From the IMG/VR virus record IMGVR_UViG_3300008113_006701: a DNA stretch of 64,000 nt; one strand, written 5' to 3'. Source of the stretch: an uncultured virus (IMG/VR IMGVR_UViG_3300008113_006701). Its lineage: Duplodnaviria > Heunggongvirae > Uroviricota > Caudoviricetes. This document shows positions 20,884 to 30,741 of this stretch, in pieces. The notes beneath the pieces are model-generated. The model was not told where the DNA came from. It made no database searches and saw only the letters and a list, made by a program, of their open reading frames with translations. Numbering within the stretch: the first letter of the stretch is position 1; the number at the start of each line of letters is the position of its first letter. The position numbers and the translations under genes were made by a program.

Positions 20884-20891
20884 TATAAATA
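20884..20891 (+). promoter_or_regulatory. Late promoter upstream of gp22
   Basis: Exact TATAAATA. Confidence 0.85.
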
Positions 20892-20926
20892 TTGATTGAG
20901 TATATTCATACATTTAGGAGACACTA

Positions 20927-22081
20927 ATGTCAGTAGAAAGTAAAGTTAAGGAATTGCTAGAACGCGTAACAGCTAAAGCTTCTTCTTTAAATGAAGAAGC
21001 TGGGCCTATGGTACCGACAAAGCCAAAAGATTCCACAATCAAACCTGCCAATGCTGGCGATAGTGGCAATCCCAAGCAAGGCGACTCTCAAGAAGCAAGT
21101 CACGAAGACCGTGATGAAAAAGATGCTAACCAAGGATCTATTACTGCAAAAGGTATTTCTAAAAATACTATTGCAATGAAGGGCCCTGTAGGCGATGCAC
21201 CTAATTTCACCACTGTACAGAGTTTGTCTTCTATCCCTCAGAACACCGGTAATCATATGCAACACGGTGAAGAAACAGAATCAGATGAAAATCTAGAAGT
21301 TGTTTCGGAAGAGGAAGAAACCGAAGAAGAAACAATTGAAGCTCAAGAAACAGTTGTTGAGCCAATTGATTTATCTCCAATCTTCGGTGAAGGCCTATCA
21401 GAAGAATTCAGAGAAAAAGCTACAGCCATTTTTGAAGCAGCAGTTATTGCTCGCGTAAATAACGAAATGGAAAAAGTAGCAGCTTCCTTAGAAGAAAAAT
21501 ATGCAGAAGAATTTGATGTATATAAGGAAGGCGTAGTAGAAAAAATCGATTCATATCTTAACTATGTAGTTGAGAATTGGATGGAAGAAAATAAATTAGC
21601 GATAGAAAATGGTCTTCGTACAGAAATCGCAGAAGATTTTATGTCGGGACTTAAGGCTCTCTTCAAAGAACATTACATTGAAGTGCCTGAAGAAAAATAT
21701 GATGTAATAGGTGATTTACAAGGTAAAGTAACAGAGTTGGAAGAAAATCTAAATAGTCAGTTGGCAAATAATATTGGTTTGAATACTGAAGTAACAGATC
21801 TTAAAAAGAAACTTATCATTAAAGAAATGACTAAAGATCTAGCAGATACTGAAGTAAACAAATTAACAAAACTTCTAGAAGGTGTAGAGTTCGATAATTC
21901 CGATATCTACAAGGAAAAAGTTTCCGTTATCAAGGAAAATTATTTCCCTCGCGAATCAGTTGTTAAAGAAACAGCTAAGCAAGCTCTAATAGAAGAAACT
22001 GGCACACAACCTGAATATTCAGGCAACGATGTTGTTTCATCTTATGCACAGGCCTTATCAAGAACAATCAAAAGACAATAA
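20927..22081 (+). CDS. gp22: Prohead scaffold gp22
   Basis: LSEEFREKATAIFEAAV, YLNYVVENWMEEN, FKEHYIEVPEEK. Confidence 0.95.
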   Translation: MSVESKVKELLERVTAKASSLNEEAGPMVPTKPKDSTIKPANAGDSGNPKQGDSQEASHEDRDEKDANQGSITAKGISKNTIAMKGPVGDAPNFTTVQSLSSIPQNTGNHMQHGEETESDENLEVVSEEEETEEETIEAQETVVEPIDLSPIFGEGLSEEFREKATAIFEAAVIARVNNEMEKVAASLEEKYAEEFDVYKEGVVEKIDSYLNYVVENWMEENKLAIENGLRTEIAEDFMSGLKALFKEHYIEVPEEKYDVIGDLQGKVTELEENLNSQLANNIGLNTEVTDLKKKLIIKEMTKDLADTEVNKLTKLLEGVEFDNSDIYKEKVSVIKENYFPRESVVKETAKQALIEETGTQPEYSGNDVVSSYAQALSRTIKRQ

Positions 22082-22083
22082 CT

Positions 22084-22091
22084 TATAAATA
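22084..22091 (+). promoter_or_regulatory. Late promoter upstream of gp23
   Basis: Exact TATAAATA. Confidence 0.85.
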
Positions 22092-22129
22092 AGTAATAAG
22101 TTATCCAAATTTAAACAAGGAGACATTAA

Positions 22130-23413
22130 ATGTTTTTATCAGAAAATGCACAACAAAAATGGGCAGCAATTTTAGATCATCCCGATCTAGCTCCTATTAA
22201 AGATTCATACAAGCGTCAAGTAACAGCAGTGTTGCTTGAAAATCAGGAAAGATCTTTGAGAGAAGAGCGTCAAGCACTTTTCGAAACACCTGCAAACAAC
22301 ATTCAAGCCACAAGCGGTATTGACAAGTACGATCCAATCATGATTGGTCTAGTACGTCGTGCAATGCCTAACCTAATGGCATATGACATTTGCGGTGTAC
22401 AACCTATGACTGGCCCAACAGGCTTGATCTTCGCAATGAGATCAATGTATGGTTCAGAGCGTAATAACACCTCAACTCGTAAAGAAGCATTGTACAATGA
22501 AGCAAATACTTCATTCTCAAGCTCAATGCAAGATGCTACAGGTAACAACCCAGTATTTGGAACATACAACACTGGTAATGCTACAATGACAGCTTCAATG
22601 GAAGCTCAAGAGAATTTTGGTGAAATGTCATTCTCAATTGACAAGACAACAGTTACTGCTAAGAGCAGAGCATTGAAGGCAGAATACACTGTTGAATTGG
22701 CACAAGACTTGAAAGCAATTCACGGTCTTGACGCAGAGGCAGAATTATCAAATATTCTATCTCAAGAATTCATGTTTGAGATCAATCGCGAAGTTGTTCG
22801 TACAATCTACAAAGTTGCTAAGAATGGTTCACCTTCAACCGCAACCGCTGGTACATTCGACTTAGACGTTGACTCCAATGGTCGTTGGTCTGTAGAACGC
22901 TTCAAAGGTCTATTGTTCAATATTGAACGTGATGCTAACCACATTGCACAAGACACAAGAAGAGGAAAAGGTAACTTCATCGTTTGCTCTGCAGACGTTG
23001 CAAGTGCATTAGCTATGTCTGGTGTTCTAGACTATACCCCAGCTCTTTCTACAAACTTGAATGTAGACGATACAGGCAATACATTCGCAGGCGTTCTAAA
23101 TGGTCGCTTCCGTGTTTATATTGATCCATATTCTGCAAACCTAGGAGCTGCTAATCAGTTCTACATGGTTGGTTATAAGGGTTCTTCTCCTTATGACGCA
23201 GGTATGTTCTATTGCCCATATGTACCTCTACAAATGGTTCGTGCAATTGATCCTAACAGCTTCCAGCCAAAGATTGGCTTCAAGACACGTTATGGTTTGA
23301 TTGCTAACCCATACGTTACATCTAGCGACTCTTTATCAGACGCAGATGCTGACAGATTTACCGCAGGACGTAACCAGTACTATCGTAAGACTAAGGTTAT
23401 CAACCTAATGTAA
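22130..23413 (+). CDS. gp23: Major capsid protein gp23
   Basis: GVQPMTGPTGLIFAMR, ELAQDLKAIHGLDAE, FQPKIGFKTRYG. Confidence 0.98.
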   Translation: MFLSENAQQKWAAILDHPDLAPIKDSYKRQVTAVLLENQERSLREERQALFETPANNIQATSGIDKYDPIMIGLVRRAMPNLMAYDICGVQPMTGPTGLIFAMRSMYGSERNNTSTRKEALYNEANTSFSSSMQDATGNNPVFGTYNTGNATMTASMEAQENFGEMSFSIDKTTVTAKSRALKAEYTVELAQDLKAIHGLDAEAELSNILSQEFMFEINREVVRTIYKVAKNGSPSTATAGTFDLDVDSNGRWSVERFKGLLFNIERDANHIAQDTRRGKGNFIVCSADVASALAMSGVLDYTPALSTNLNVDDTGNTFAGVLNGRFRVYIDPYSANLGAANQFYMVGYKGSSPYDAGMFYCPYVPLQMVRAIDPNSFQPKIGFKTRYGLIANPYVTSSDSLSDADADRFTAGRNQYYRKTKVINLM

Positions 23414-23438
23414 TCAACCGACATTAAGATCGGACTTT

Positions 23439-23464
23439 AAGGGGGAAGCAATTCCCCCTTTTTT
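23439..23464 (+). terminator. Rho-independent terminator after gp23
   Basis: GGGGGAA-GCAA-TTCCCCC followed by T run. Confidence 0.9.
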
Positions 23465-23478
23465 GTCTTTGCACAGGC

Positions 23479-23486
23479 TATAAATA
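23479..23486 (+). promoter_or_regulatory. Late promoter upstream of gp3
   Basis: Exact TATAAATA just after the terminator. Confidence 0.8.
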
Positions 23487-23509
23487 TAATGTAGAGTAAA
23501 AGGTTTAAA

Positions 23510-24097
23510 ATGGCATTCACACAAAATATTAATTTAATACAAGAAAGTTCTGTTAGTTCGTTATCCAAAACATACGATTTCTTACGACCAAACGCTTTCA
23601 AATTTAGTATTAAAGATTTGCCCACTACATCGTTTACTTGTCAATCTGCAAATCTCCCTGATTTACAATTAGGGTTTGCAATACAACCTACCCCGTTTGT
23701 TGATGTTCCTACAATAGGAGATAAAATAAATTTCGGGGATTTTACTATTAGATTTTTGATAGCAGAAGATATGTCCAATTACATTGAATTATATCGTTGG
23801 CTTATTGCTCTTGGGTTCCCAGACAATTATAATCAATTCTCAACCTTTGCGAAAAACAGACCAAGCAGTTTTCCTTTTGTAACAAAAACAAATGGAAAGT
23901 CTGATATTTTGGCTTACTCGGATGGATTATTGACTATTTTAGACTCGACAAATAACCCTAAAGTAAATATAATATTTAAAAATCTTTTCCCTATATCATT
24001 ACAGGCCCTTGATTTTGACATTGCGTCACAAAGCGTAGAATATTTTACAGCGATAGCATCGTTCAAATATACTATTTTCGAAGTAGAACCCTTATAA
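23510..24097 (+). CDS. gp3: Tail tube terminator gp3
   Basis: FTCQSANLP, FLIAEDMSNY, FKNLFPISL; synteny gp23-gp3-uvsY. Confidence 0.88.
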   Translation: MAFTQNINLIQESSVSSLSKTYDFLRPNAFKFSIKDLPTTSFTCQSANLPDLQLGFAIQPTPFVDVPTIGDKINFGDFTIRFLIAEDMSNYIELYRWLIALGFPDNYNQFSTFAKNRPSSFPFVTKTNGKSDILAYSDGLLTILDSTNNPKVNIIFKNLFPISLQALDFDIASQSVEYFTAIASFKYTIFEVEPL

Positions 24098-24114
24098 TAT
24101 AACTTGGAGTTATT

Positions 24115-25017
24115 ATGGATAAAAATAAAAAAGTAATTAAACCTATGGCCCTACCTAAAATTCCTTCTTTGCCGAAGGTACCTGGTACGCCAACCGCAGA
24201 AACTCCTGCGGCACCTGGTCAACAAAAATTAGAAGTTAAACTTGAGGATTTGCGAAAAGAAAAAATCTTTATTGCAACTCCTTGCTATGGCGGACAATTG
24301 ACTGAGGCATATTTTAGATCAACAATTCGTTTGTTAACATTCTGCAATCAACATCAAATTCCAATTGCATTTGGTACAATTGCAAATGAGTCTCTTGTTA
24401 CTCGTGCTCGTAACGTATTGGTTGCTTATTTCCTACAAAGCGACTTTACCCGTTTAATGTTTATTGATGCGGACATTGAATTCCAAGTTGAAGATGTAAT
24501 TAAATTAATTGCACATAATAAGGAAGTTGCAGTAGGTGCATATCCTAAGAAGGGTGTTAATTGGCAACGTATTCGTGAAAGTGTTAAACAAACAGATCAG
24601 CCTTTTGACGACAAAGCAATTGCATCATTCGGTAGCGATTATGCCATTAACTTTAAATTCATAAATCGTGAAGCAAAACAAATTGCAATCGAGAATGGTC
24701 TAATTCGTTTGCATGACGGCGCAACAGGCTTCATGATGATTAAGCGTGAAGTAATTCAGAAGATGATTGAGAAGTATCCTGAATTGAAATATAACAATGA
24801 TTTGAATACTCCTCCAGAGTTGAATCCTCATTTCTACGCATTCTTTGATACAATGATTGATCCGAAGGATAAGCGTTATTTGTCTGAAGATTATACCTTT
24901 AGTCGCAGATGGCAAGACATCGGTGGCGAAATTTGGCTTGATCCTTCAATCTCATTGAATCACTATGGTTCGTTTAATTTCCAAGGTAATCCTCAGCAAA
25001 TTATTCAAATAGGTTAA
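24115..25017 (+). CDS. GT-A fold glycosyltransferase-like protein
   Basis: IATPCYGG, ESLVTRARN, FIDADI (DxD), ATGFMMIKR, YLSEDYTF. Confidence 0.7.
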   Translation: MDKNKKVIKPMALPKIPSLPKVPGTPTAETPAAPGQQKLEVKLEDLRKEKIFIATPCYGGQLTEAYFRSTIRLLTFCNQHQIPIAFGTIANESLVTRARNVLVAYFLQSDFTRLMFIDADIEFQVEDVIKLIAHNKEVAVGAYPKKGVNWQRIRESVKQTDQPFDDKAIASFGSDYAINFKFINREAKQIAIENGLIRLHDGATGFMMIKREVIQKMIEKYPELKYNNDLNTPPELNPHFYAFFDTMIDPKDKRYLSEDYTFSRRWQDIGGEIWLDPSISLNHYGSFNFQGNPQQIIQIG

Positions 25018-25032
25018 TTTAAATAATATATT

Positions 25033-25473
25033 ATGAAATTATCAGATCTACAAGATTCCTGGAAGGATGATTGTAAAATTGATGAAATGAATCTTGGACG
25101 TGAATCGGCTAGAACTCCTACCCTTCACGCCAAGTATTTAAATTATCTATCGTCCACTCGTCTTAATCTTCGTAAAACCGAATCCGATTATTTAAATTGC
25201 CGTCGTAAGAAATATAAGTATTATCGCGGCGAAATGACTAAGCAAGAATTGGACGATGAAGGTTGGGAACAATGGCAAGGAAATAAACCCCTAAAGAACG
25301 AGATGGATGAATTTCTAACTGTAGATAATGATCTTATTTTACTACAGGATAAGGTAGAATATTTTAAAACAGTATTGTATCAATTAGAACAAATCATCCG
25401 TTCTTTGAATAGTCGTACTTGGGATATTAAAAATGCTATTGAATGGAATAAGTTTACTAACGGCATGATGTAA
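25033..25473 (+). CDS. uvsY: Recombination mediator UvsY
   Basis: LHAKYL, YYRG, IKNAIEW. Confidence 0.92.
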   Translation: MKLSDLQDSWKDDCKIDEMNLGRESARTPTLHAKYLNYLSSTRLNLRKTESDYLNCRRKKYKYYRGEMTKQELDDEGWEQWQGNKPLKNEMDEFLTVDNDLILLQDKVEYFKTVLYQLEQIIRSLNSRTWDIKNAIEWNKFTNGMM

Positions 25474-26954
25474 TGGCTGATCTTTACGTATCTAAATTAA
25501 ATGAAGTACATCTTAGAGTAGATTGTGAACCTTCATTAGCACAAGAATTAAACGACCATTTTTCGTTTGAAGTTCCTGGTGCTAAGTTCCATCCTCTCTA
25601 TAAGTCTCGTATGTGGGATGGAAAAGTTAGACTATTTTCAATGTTCACAAAAGAGTTGTATGTTGGACTTTTAAGTTATTTAGAACACTTTGCAAAAGAA
25701 CGAGATTATGTAATAGATTATGAAAAGTATATTCATACTGCAGATGCTGTTACTTATGATATAGTTAAAAACTTCTGCGAAGGATTGAAACTCTCATCTA
25801 AGGGACAACCCCTTCAAATAAGAGATTACCAAATTGATGCGGTATATCAAGCAATCAATGATGGCAGACGTCTATTATTATCACCTACCGGTTCAGGTAA
25901 ATCACTAATACTTTATTGTTTGATTCGTTGGAATGAACGATGGAATCGTCGTCAACTTATTCTTGTTCCTACAACCTCTCTTGTAGAACAAATGTATTCT
26001 GATTTTCAAGATTATTCTGGTCTTAATGGTTGGAAAGCATCTGAGGAATGCCATCGCATTTACGGCGGACATGAAAAATCAAATCAATATAATGTAGTCA
26101 TTAGTACATGGCAATCACTATATAAACTGCCCAAGCAATTCTTTGCAGACTTTAAGGTAATTTATGGTGATGAAGCACACAACTTTAAAGCAAAATCACT
26201 TACAAGTATACTAAATAAGTGTATACATACTCCCTATAGATTTGGTACTACAGGAACTTTAGATGGCACTAAAACTCACAAACTTGTACTTGAGGGTTTA
26301 TTTGGTCCTGTTTATAAAGTAACAACAACTAAGAAGTTAATTGAAAGTAAGTCTCTTGCTGATTTAGAAATATTTAATGTTATTCTGCAATATACAGATG
26401 AAATTAAAAAAGCAGTAAAAGGAAATTCTTATCAAGAAGAAATGGATTTCATTGTTCAATACGAACCTAGAAATAAATTTATTCGTAATTTGGCTTTAAA
26501 GCAAGAAGGTAATACTTTGGTTCTTTTTCAATATGTTGAGAAGCATGGCAAGATACTATATGATATGATAGCAGAGAGATGTGATACTAGAAAAGTATTT
26601 TTTGTATATGGCGGAACAGATACAGAACAACGAGAACAAATTCGAGCATTGACAGAAACAGAAAATGATGCTATAATTGTAGCATCATATGGAACTTTCT
26701 CTACAGGAATAAATATTAAAAATTTACATAATATTATTTTTGCTTCTCCCTCAAAATCTAGAATTAGAAATCTTCAATCTATTGGACGAGGACTACGAAC
26801 AAGCGAATCTAAAAAGACATGTAAACTATATGATATTGCAGATGACCTAAGTTGGAAAAATAAAAAGAACTATACGTTGTTACATATGATTGAAAGAATT
26901 AAAATTTATAATGATGAGCATTTCAACTATAAGTTAGTAAAGGTATCAATTTAA
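25473..26954 (+). CDS. uvsW: RNA-DNA/DNA helicase UvsW
   Basis: SPTGSGKS, GDEAH, QSIGRGLR. Confidence 0.96.
   Translation: MADLYVSKLNEVHLRVDCEPSLAQELNDHFSFEVPGAKFHPLYKSRMWDGKVRLFSMFTKELYVGLLSYLEHFAKERDYVIDYEKYIHTADAVTYDIVKNFCEGLKLSSKGQPLQIRDYQIDAVYQAINDGRRLLLSPTGSGKSLILYCLIRWNERWNRRQLILVPTTSLVEQMYSDFQDYSGLNGWKASEECHRIYGGHEKSNQYNVVISTWQSLYKLPKQFFADFKVIYGDEAHNFKAKSLTSILNKCIHTPYRFGTTGTLDGTKTHKLVLEGLFGPVYKVTTTKKLIESKSLADLEIFNVILQYTDEIKKAVKGNSYQEEMDFIVQYEPRNKFIRNLALKQEGNTLVLFQYVEKHGKILYDMIAERCDTRKVFFVYGGTDTEQREQIRALTETENDAIIVASYGTFSTGINIKNLHNIIFASPSKSRIRNLQSIGRGLRTSESKKTCKLYDIADDLSWKNKKNYTLLHMIERIKIYNDEHFNYKLVKVSI
26649..26677 (+). promoter_or_regulatory. Consensus sigma70 promoter inside uvsW
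   Basis: TTGACA-17 bp-TATAAT with TG extension. Confidence 0.65.
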
Positions 26955-27433
26955 TGTCAGAAGAATTACAATACAAATTTTTAAAATTATCTTCAGGCGA
27001 CGGCATAATTTGCAAGACTACGGATGATTGCTCAAATCTGTTTGATAGAAAAACAATAAGTATTACTGATCCTATAGTGTTGAATCCTGTTAGAGTTCCT
27101 CGAGGAGATGTTCTTGTAGAATCTTATATTATGTATCCTTGGTTTAGTTTTTCGGAAGAAAAAGAGTATGTTATTTCTACTGGACAAATTATTTTTGTAT
27201 CAAATGTAGAAGACCGATTGAAACAAAACTATATACAATATTTAAAAACACAAGAAGAAAAAGAACAGGAAAATGATGATGATCCCATCATCATAGAAGA
27301 AGATGATGACGAAGAAAACGAAAGTTTGTTTGATAAATTACTAAATGCATTAGGAGAAGAAATTCATGAAGAAGAAAGACACGACGATTTTATTACCGGA
27401 AGAACTAGAAGAACTTCAAGAACCATCCACTAA
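26954..27433 (+). CDS. Conserved hypothetical protein (Sm-like fold suspected) between uvsW and gp55
   Basis: LKLSSGDGII...PW motif; acidic tail. Confidence 0.6.
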   Translation: MSEELQYKFLKLSSGDGIICKTTDDCSNLFDRKTISITDPIVLNPVRVPRGDVLVESYIMYPWFSFSEEKEYVISTGQIIFVSNVEDRLKQNYIQYLKTQEEKEQENDDDPIIIEEDDDEENESLFDKLLNALGEEIHEEERHDDFITGRTRRTSRTIH

Positions 27434-27980
27434 GATTCCTGAAAGTTCTCATTACGTAGATAATAAAAAGTTTCTTGCAGCGCTCATTGAATATAAACAA
27501 AGCATAGATGATGCGAAAGCTAAAGGTGAGGAACAACCCAGAGTACCTCATTATATAGGTGAATGCTTTATTAAAATTGCTACACATCTATCATATAAAT
27601 CTAATTTTATTAATTATACTTTCAGAGACGATATGGTTTCGGATGGTATTGAAAATTGCTTGACCGCAGCTGCAAAATTTGATCCAACTAAATCATCTAA
27701 TCCGTTTGCATATTATACTCAAATTATTTACTTTGCTTTCATTCGAAGAATCCAAAAAGAAAAGAAGCAACAGGCAACTAAATATAAGATTATTGAAAAT
27801 TTGGATTTTGATTCTCTAATGCAAAATAGTGATGACTCAGAATCGAGTAGACAACTAATAGATTATTTGAAAACTCAATTAGATCAAATTGACCCGGAAA
27901 AAAGAGAGACTCCGGCTCAAACCAAAGCTAGAAAGAAAAAGGCTAAAGAGGAAGAATCTAATATTGACTTACTTAACTAA
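27366..27980 (+). CDS. gp55: Late-transcription sigma factor gp55
   Basis: HYVDNKKF, MVSDGIENC, NPFAYYTQIIYFAFIRRI. Confidence 0.96.
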   Translation: MKKKDTTILLPEELEELQEPSTKIPESSHYVDNKKFLAALIEYKQSIDDAKAKGEEQPRVPHYIGECFIKIATHLSYKSNFINYTFRDDMVSDGIENCLTAAAKFDPTKSSNPFAYYTQIIYFAFIRRIQKEKKQQATKYKIIENLDFDSLMQNSDDSESSRQLIDYLKTQLDQIDPEKRETPAQTKARKKKAKEEESNIDLLN

Positions 27981-27992
27981 ATACATTATAAT
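27964..27992 (+). promoter_or_regulatory. Sigma70-type promoter heading the deazaguanine locus
   Basis: TTGACT-17 bp-TATAAT. Confidence 0.65.
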
Positions 27993-27997
27993 ATATT

Positions 27998-28270
27998 ATG
28001 GAAACTAAAGAAGAAGAAATTATGCTCATTCTACAAGAAGAATGCGCAGAAGTAACTCAAGCAATTTCAAAATGTTTTCGCTTTGGTGTTGATAATTTTA
28101 AGCCAGGTAAACCGAAAACAAACAGGGAACATCTGGCTGAAGAATTGGGTGATCTACAAGCAATGATTGATTTGTGTATTAAATTTAATATTGTCGGCAG
28201 TGAACAGATCAGTATTGCAGCTGATAATAAAATTGCCAAACTTAAAAAATGGTCTAGTATATATGAATAA
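27998..28270 (+). CDS. MazG-like nucleotide pyrophosphohydrolase
   Basis: EECAEV...EELGDL. Confidence 0.75.
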   Translation: METKEEEIMLILQEECAEVTQAISKCFRFGVDNFKPGKPKTNREHLAEELGDLQAMIDLCIKFNIVGSEQISIAADNKIAKLKKWSSIYE

Positions 28271-29111
28271 ACTTAAGATATCAGAATTATTTTATAGCAT
28301 TCAGGGTGAAGGACGTTATATGGGCGTCCCTTCTGTCTTTTTAAGAACCTTTGGTTGTAATTTTACTTGTGGTGGCTTTGGCATGCCTAAGGGAGAACAA
28401 AGTAATGAACGATTTAAAATTGACGCAGAGTCTTTTAAAAGTTATAACGACTTGCCTTTGGTTCATACTGGATGTGATTCTTATGCTTCTTGGGATGTTC
28501 GTTTTAAGCATCTCAGTCCTGTGTTATCTGTTGACGCTATTGCCGACGCTATCGTGGATACGTTACCGTACAAGGAATGGAAAGACGAACATCTGGTAAT
28601 TACTGGAGGTGAACCTTTATTGGGATGGCAACGAGCTTATCCTGAATTATTAGAGCATTCTAAAATGCAATCTCTAAACGAATTGACTTTTGAGACAAAC
28701 GGTACACAAAACATATCAGAAGAATTTAGTACATATCTATTTGAAGAATGGACCAGATTTGGTAGGGAATACTTTAAATTAACATTTTCAGTATCTCCTA
28801 AATTATCTGTTTCGGGTGAATCTTGGGATGAAGCTATTAAGCCAGATGTTGTTATGCAATATAATTCTTTAGGTTATACTTATTTAAAGTTTGTAGTAGC
28901 AACAGAAGAAGATGCTCTAGAGGCAGAGGAGGCAGTAAATGCTTATCGTAAAGCGGGGTTTGGTGGTCCTGTTTATCTTATGCCTCTCGGTGGCACTGAG
29001 CAGTTGTACTCTCTTAATAATAGATCGGTTGCGGAATTGGCAATGAGAAAGGGTTGGAGGTATTCGGACAGACTCCAGATACCATTATTTAAAAATGCTT
29101 GGGGAACCTAA
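28263..29111 (+). CDS. queE: 7-carboxy-7-deazaguanine synthase QueE (radical SAM)
   Basis: ELFYSIQGEG, FLRTFGCNFTC...CDS, ITGGEPLL, ETNGT, SPKL; start ATG 28263. Confidence 0.92.
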   Translation: MNKLKISELFYSIQGEGRYMGVPSVFLRTFGCNFTCGGFGMPKGEQSNERFKIDAESFKSYNDLPLVHTGCDSYASWDVRFKHLSPVLSVDAIADAIVDTLPYKEWKDEHLVITGGEPLLGWQRAYPELLEHSKMQSLNELTFETNGTQNISEEFSTYLFEEWTRFGREYFKLTFSVSPKLSVSGESWDEAIKPDVVMQYNSLGYTYLKFVVATEEDALEAEEAVNAYRKAGFGGPVYLMPLGGTEQLYSLNNRSVAELAMRKGWRYSDRLQIPLFKNAWGT

Positions 29112-29317
29112 TGAATAAATTGGCATGGGACATTGAAAAGATGGGGCATGAAATGAGATCGCCCTATAATGATGGATTTACCACATTTGAAATTAAAAAG
29201 AAATTATATGAAATTAAATGGGCAGTTCTAAAACAATTAGACAACTCGCCTAATTATGTTGGTGAAAAAGAATGGCTTGAAGAACAGGAGACTAAAAATG
29301 GCAAAAAAGAAAATTGA
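29111..29317 (+). CDS. Hypothetical protein
   Basis: TAATG-coupled ORF, SPYNDGF motif. Confidence 0.55.
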   Translation: MNKLAWDIEKMGHEMRSPYNDGFTTFEIKKKLYEIKWAVLKQLDNSPNYVGEKEWLEEQETKNGKKEN

Positions 29318-29474
29318 ACTATACGCAGAAGCACCTTATAAACAAGGTTACGATTCTGCAAAAGCAAATGAAACATTTTATAATCCATATTCTGATATTG
29401 AAGATGCAGAAGCAGATGCAGAAGATTATCAGCGTGGATTTGAAAACGCACTAGAAGAAAATACTAATAAATAA
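29298..29474 (+). CDS. Small acidic hypothetical protein
   Basis: AGGAG RBS; YKQGY...NPY...YQRGF pattern. Confidence 0.55.
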   Translation: MAKKKIELYAEAPYKQGYDSAKANETFYNPYSDIEDAEADAEDYQRGFENALEENTNK

Positions 29475-29534
29475 TAATGTTACACAAAGGTAACAAAATT
29501 CAATCATCATATCCGTGTAAGGAAGGATTCAAAA

Positions 29535-30215
29535 ATGTCATACAACAAGACAAAAACTGACCCTGAGTTGGGTAATTTGGTTCACAAACATTTGGTGAAC
29601 ATGGGCGTAGAAACTCCCACATTTAAAACCTCATTAGATCGCAAAGACAAAATTGCTGAGATTGAGAAAAGCTTCAGCCATATTATGCAGGTGCTTGGTC
29701 TTGATCTTACAGATGATAGTCTTATTGAAACGCCTAAGCGTGTTGCCAAGATGTATGTTAATGAAATTTTCTGGGGACTTGATTATGACGCATTCCCTAA
29801 ATGTACAACTGTAGATAATAAAATGAAGTACAACGAAATGGTTGTAGAACGTAATGTTAATGTGCAATCAAATTGTGAGCATCACTTTGTAATTATTGAT
29901 GGTCTGGCTACAGTTGCGTATGTTCCAAAGCAAAAGGTATTGGGATTAAGTAAAATTAATCGTATTGTAGAATACTTCTCAAAGCGTCCTCAGATTCAAG
30001 AACGTCTAACAGAACAAATTTTTCACACACTACAATTTATTCTTGAGACTGATGATGTTGCGGTACTAATTGATGCACAACACTATTGTGTTAAATCTAG
30101 AGGTGTTGAAGATACCGGTAGTTCTACAGTAACAGTTCGTCTCGGTGGAGGATTTAAAACAGATCCATCTGCTAGAAACGAATTTTTAAGTATTGCGAGA
30201 ATGAGTAAAAAATAA
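29535..30215 (+). CDS. folE: GTP cyclohydrolase I FolE
   Basis: ETPKRVAKMY, CEHH, GLSKINRIV, QIQERLT, HYCVKSRGV. Confidence 0.96.
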   Translation: MSYNKTKTDPELGNLVHKHLVNMGVETPTFKTSLDRKDKIAEIEKSFSHIMQVLGLDLTDDSLIETPKRVAKMYVNEIFWGLDYDAFPKCTTVDNKMKYNEMVVERNVNVQSNCEHHFVIIDGLATVAYVPKQKVLGLSKINRIVEYFSKRPQIQERLTEQIFHTLQFILETDDVAVLIDAQHYCVKSRGVEDTGSSTVTVRLGGGFKTDPSARNEFLSIARMSKK

Positions 30216-30231
30216 TTCTTGGAAAGATAAT

Positions 30232-30741
30232 ATGACAGTTAATGTAATGGTTGACTTAGAAACAATGTCAACAAGATCGAATGCTGCAATTTGTTCTATC
30301 GGTGCAGTTAAATTTGAAGGCAAAGAAATACTTGATAAGTTTTATTGCACTATAGATATTAAGACTTGTAAAGATGCGGGATTTCATATCTCAAAAGATA
30401 CAGTCAAGTGGTGGTCAGAACAAAACAAAGAAGCATTACGAGAATTAACTCGTAATAATATTCCATTGGATGAAGCTTTAACAAAATTTTCTGATTGGTT
30501 TGGCCCTAAGAGTTTGCCTGTCTGGGGAAACGGTGCGGTATTTGATAACACAATTTTAGCAAATGCTTACTTTAATACTAACAGAGAACCACCCTGGAAA
30601 TGCTGGGATGACCGTTGCTATAGAACAGTTAAAGCTTTATTCCATTGGGTAAAATCAGATGAAAGAGAAGGCGTATATCATAATGCTCTAGATGATGCTG
30701 TTTATCAGACTAAACATTTAATTAAAATTTTAGGTGAGTAA
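30232..30741 (+). CDS. DEDDh 3'-5' exonuclease (DexA/Rv2179c-like)
   Basis: DLET, WGNGAVFD, HNALDDA. Confidence 0.85.
   Translation: MTVNVMVDLETMSTRSNAAICSIGAVKFEGKEILDKFYCTIDIKTCKDAGFHISKDTVKWWSEQNKEALRELTRNNIPLDEALTKFSDWFGPKSLPVWGNGAVFDNTILANAYFNTNREPPWKCWDDRCYRTVKALFHWVKSDEREGVYHNALDDAVYQTKHLIKILGE

Noticed and set aside
454..23625. Many 60-155 aa minus-strand ORFs opposite structural genes
   Set aside because: Typical antisense shadows of biased codon usage; no RBS or motifs
29535..30215. folE as a folate auxiliary metabolic gene
   Set aside because: Context with queD, queE and dpdA points to deazaguanine synthesis
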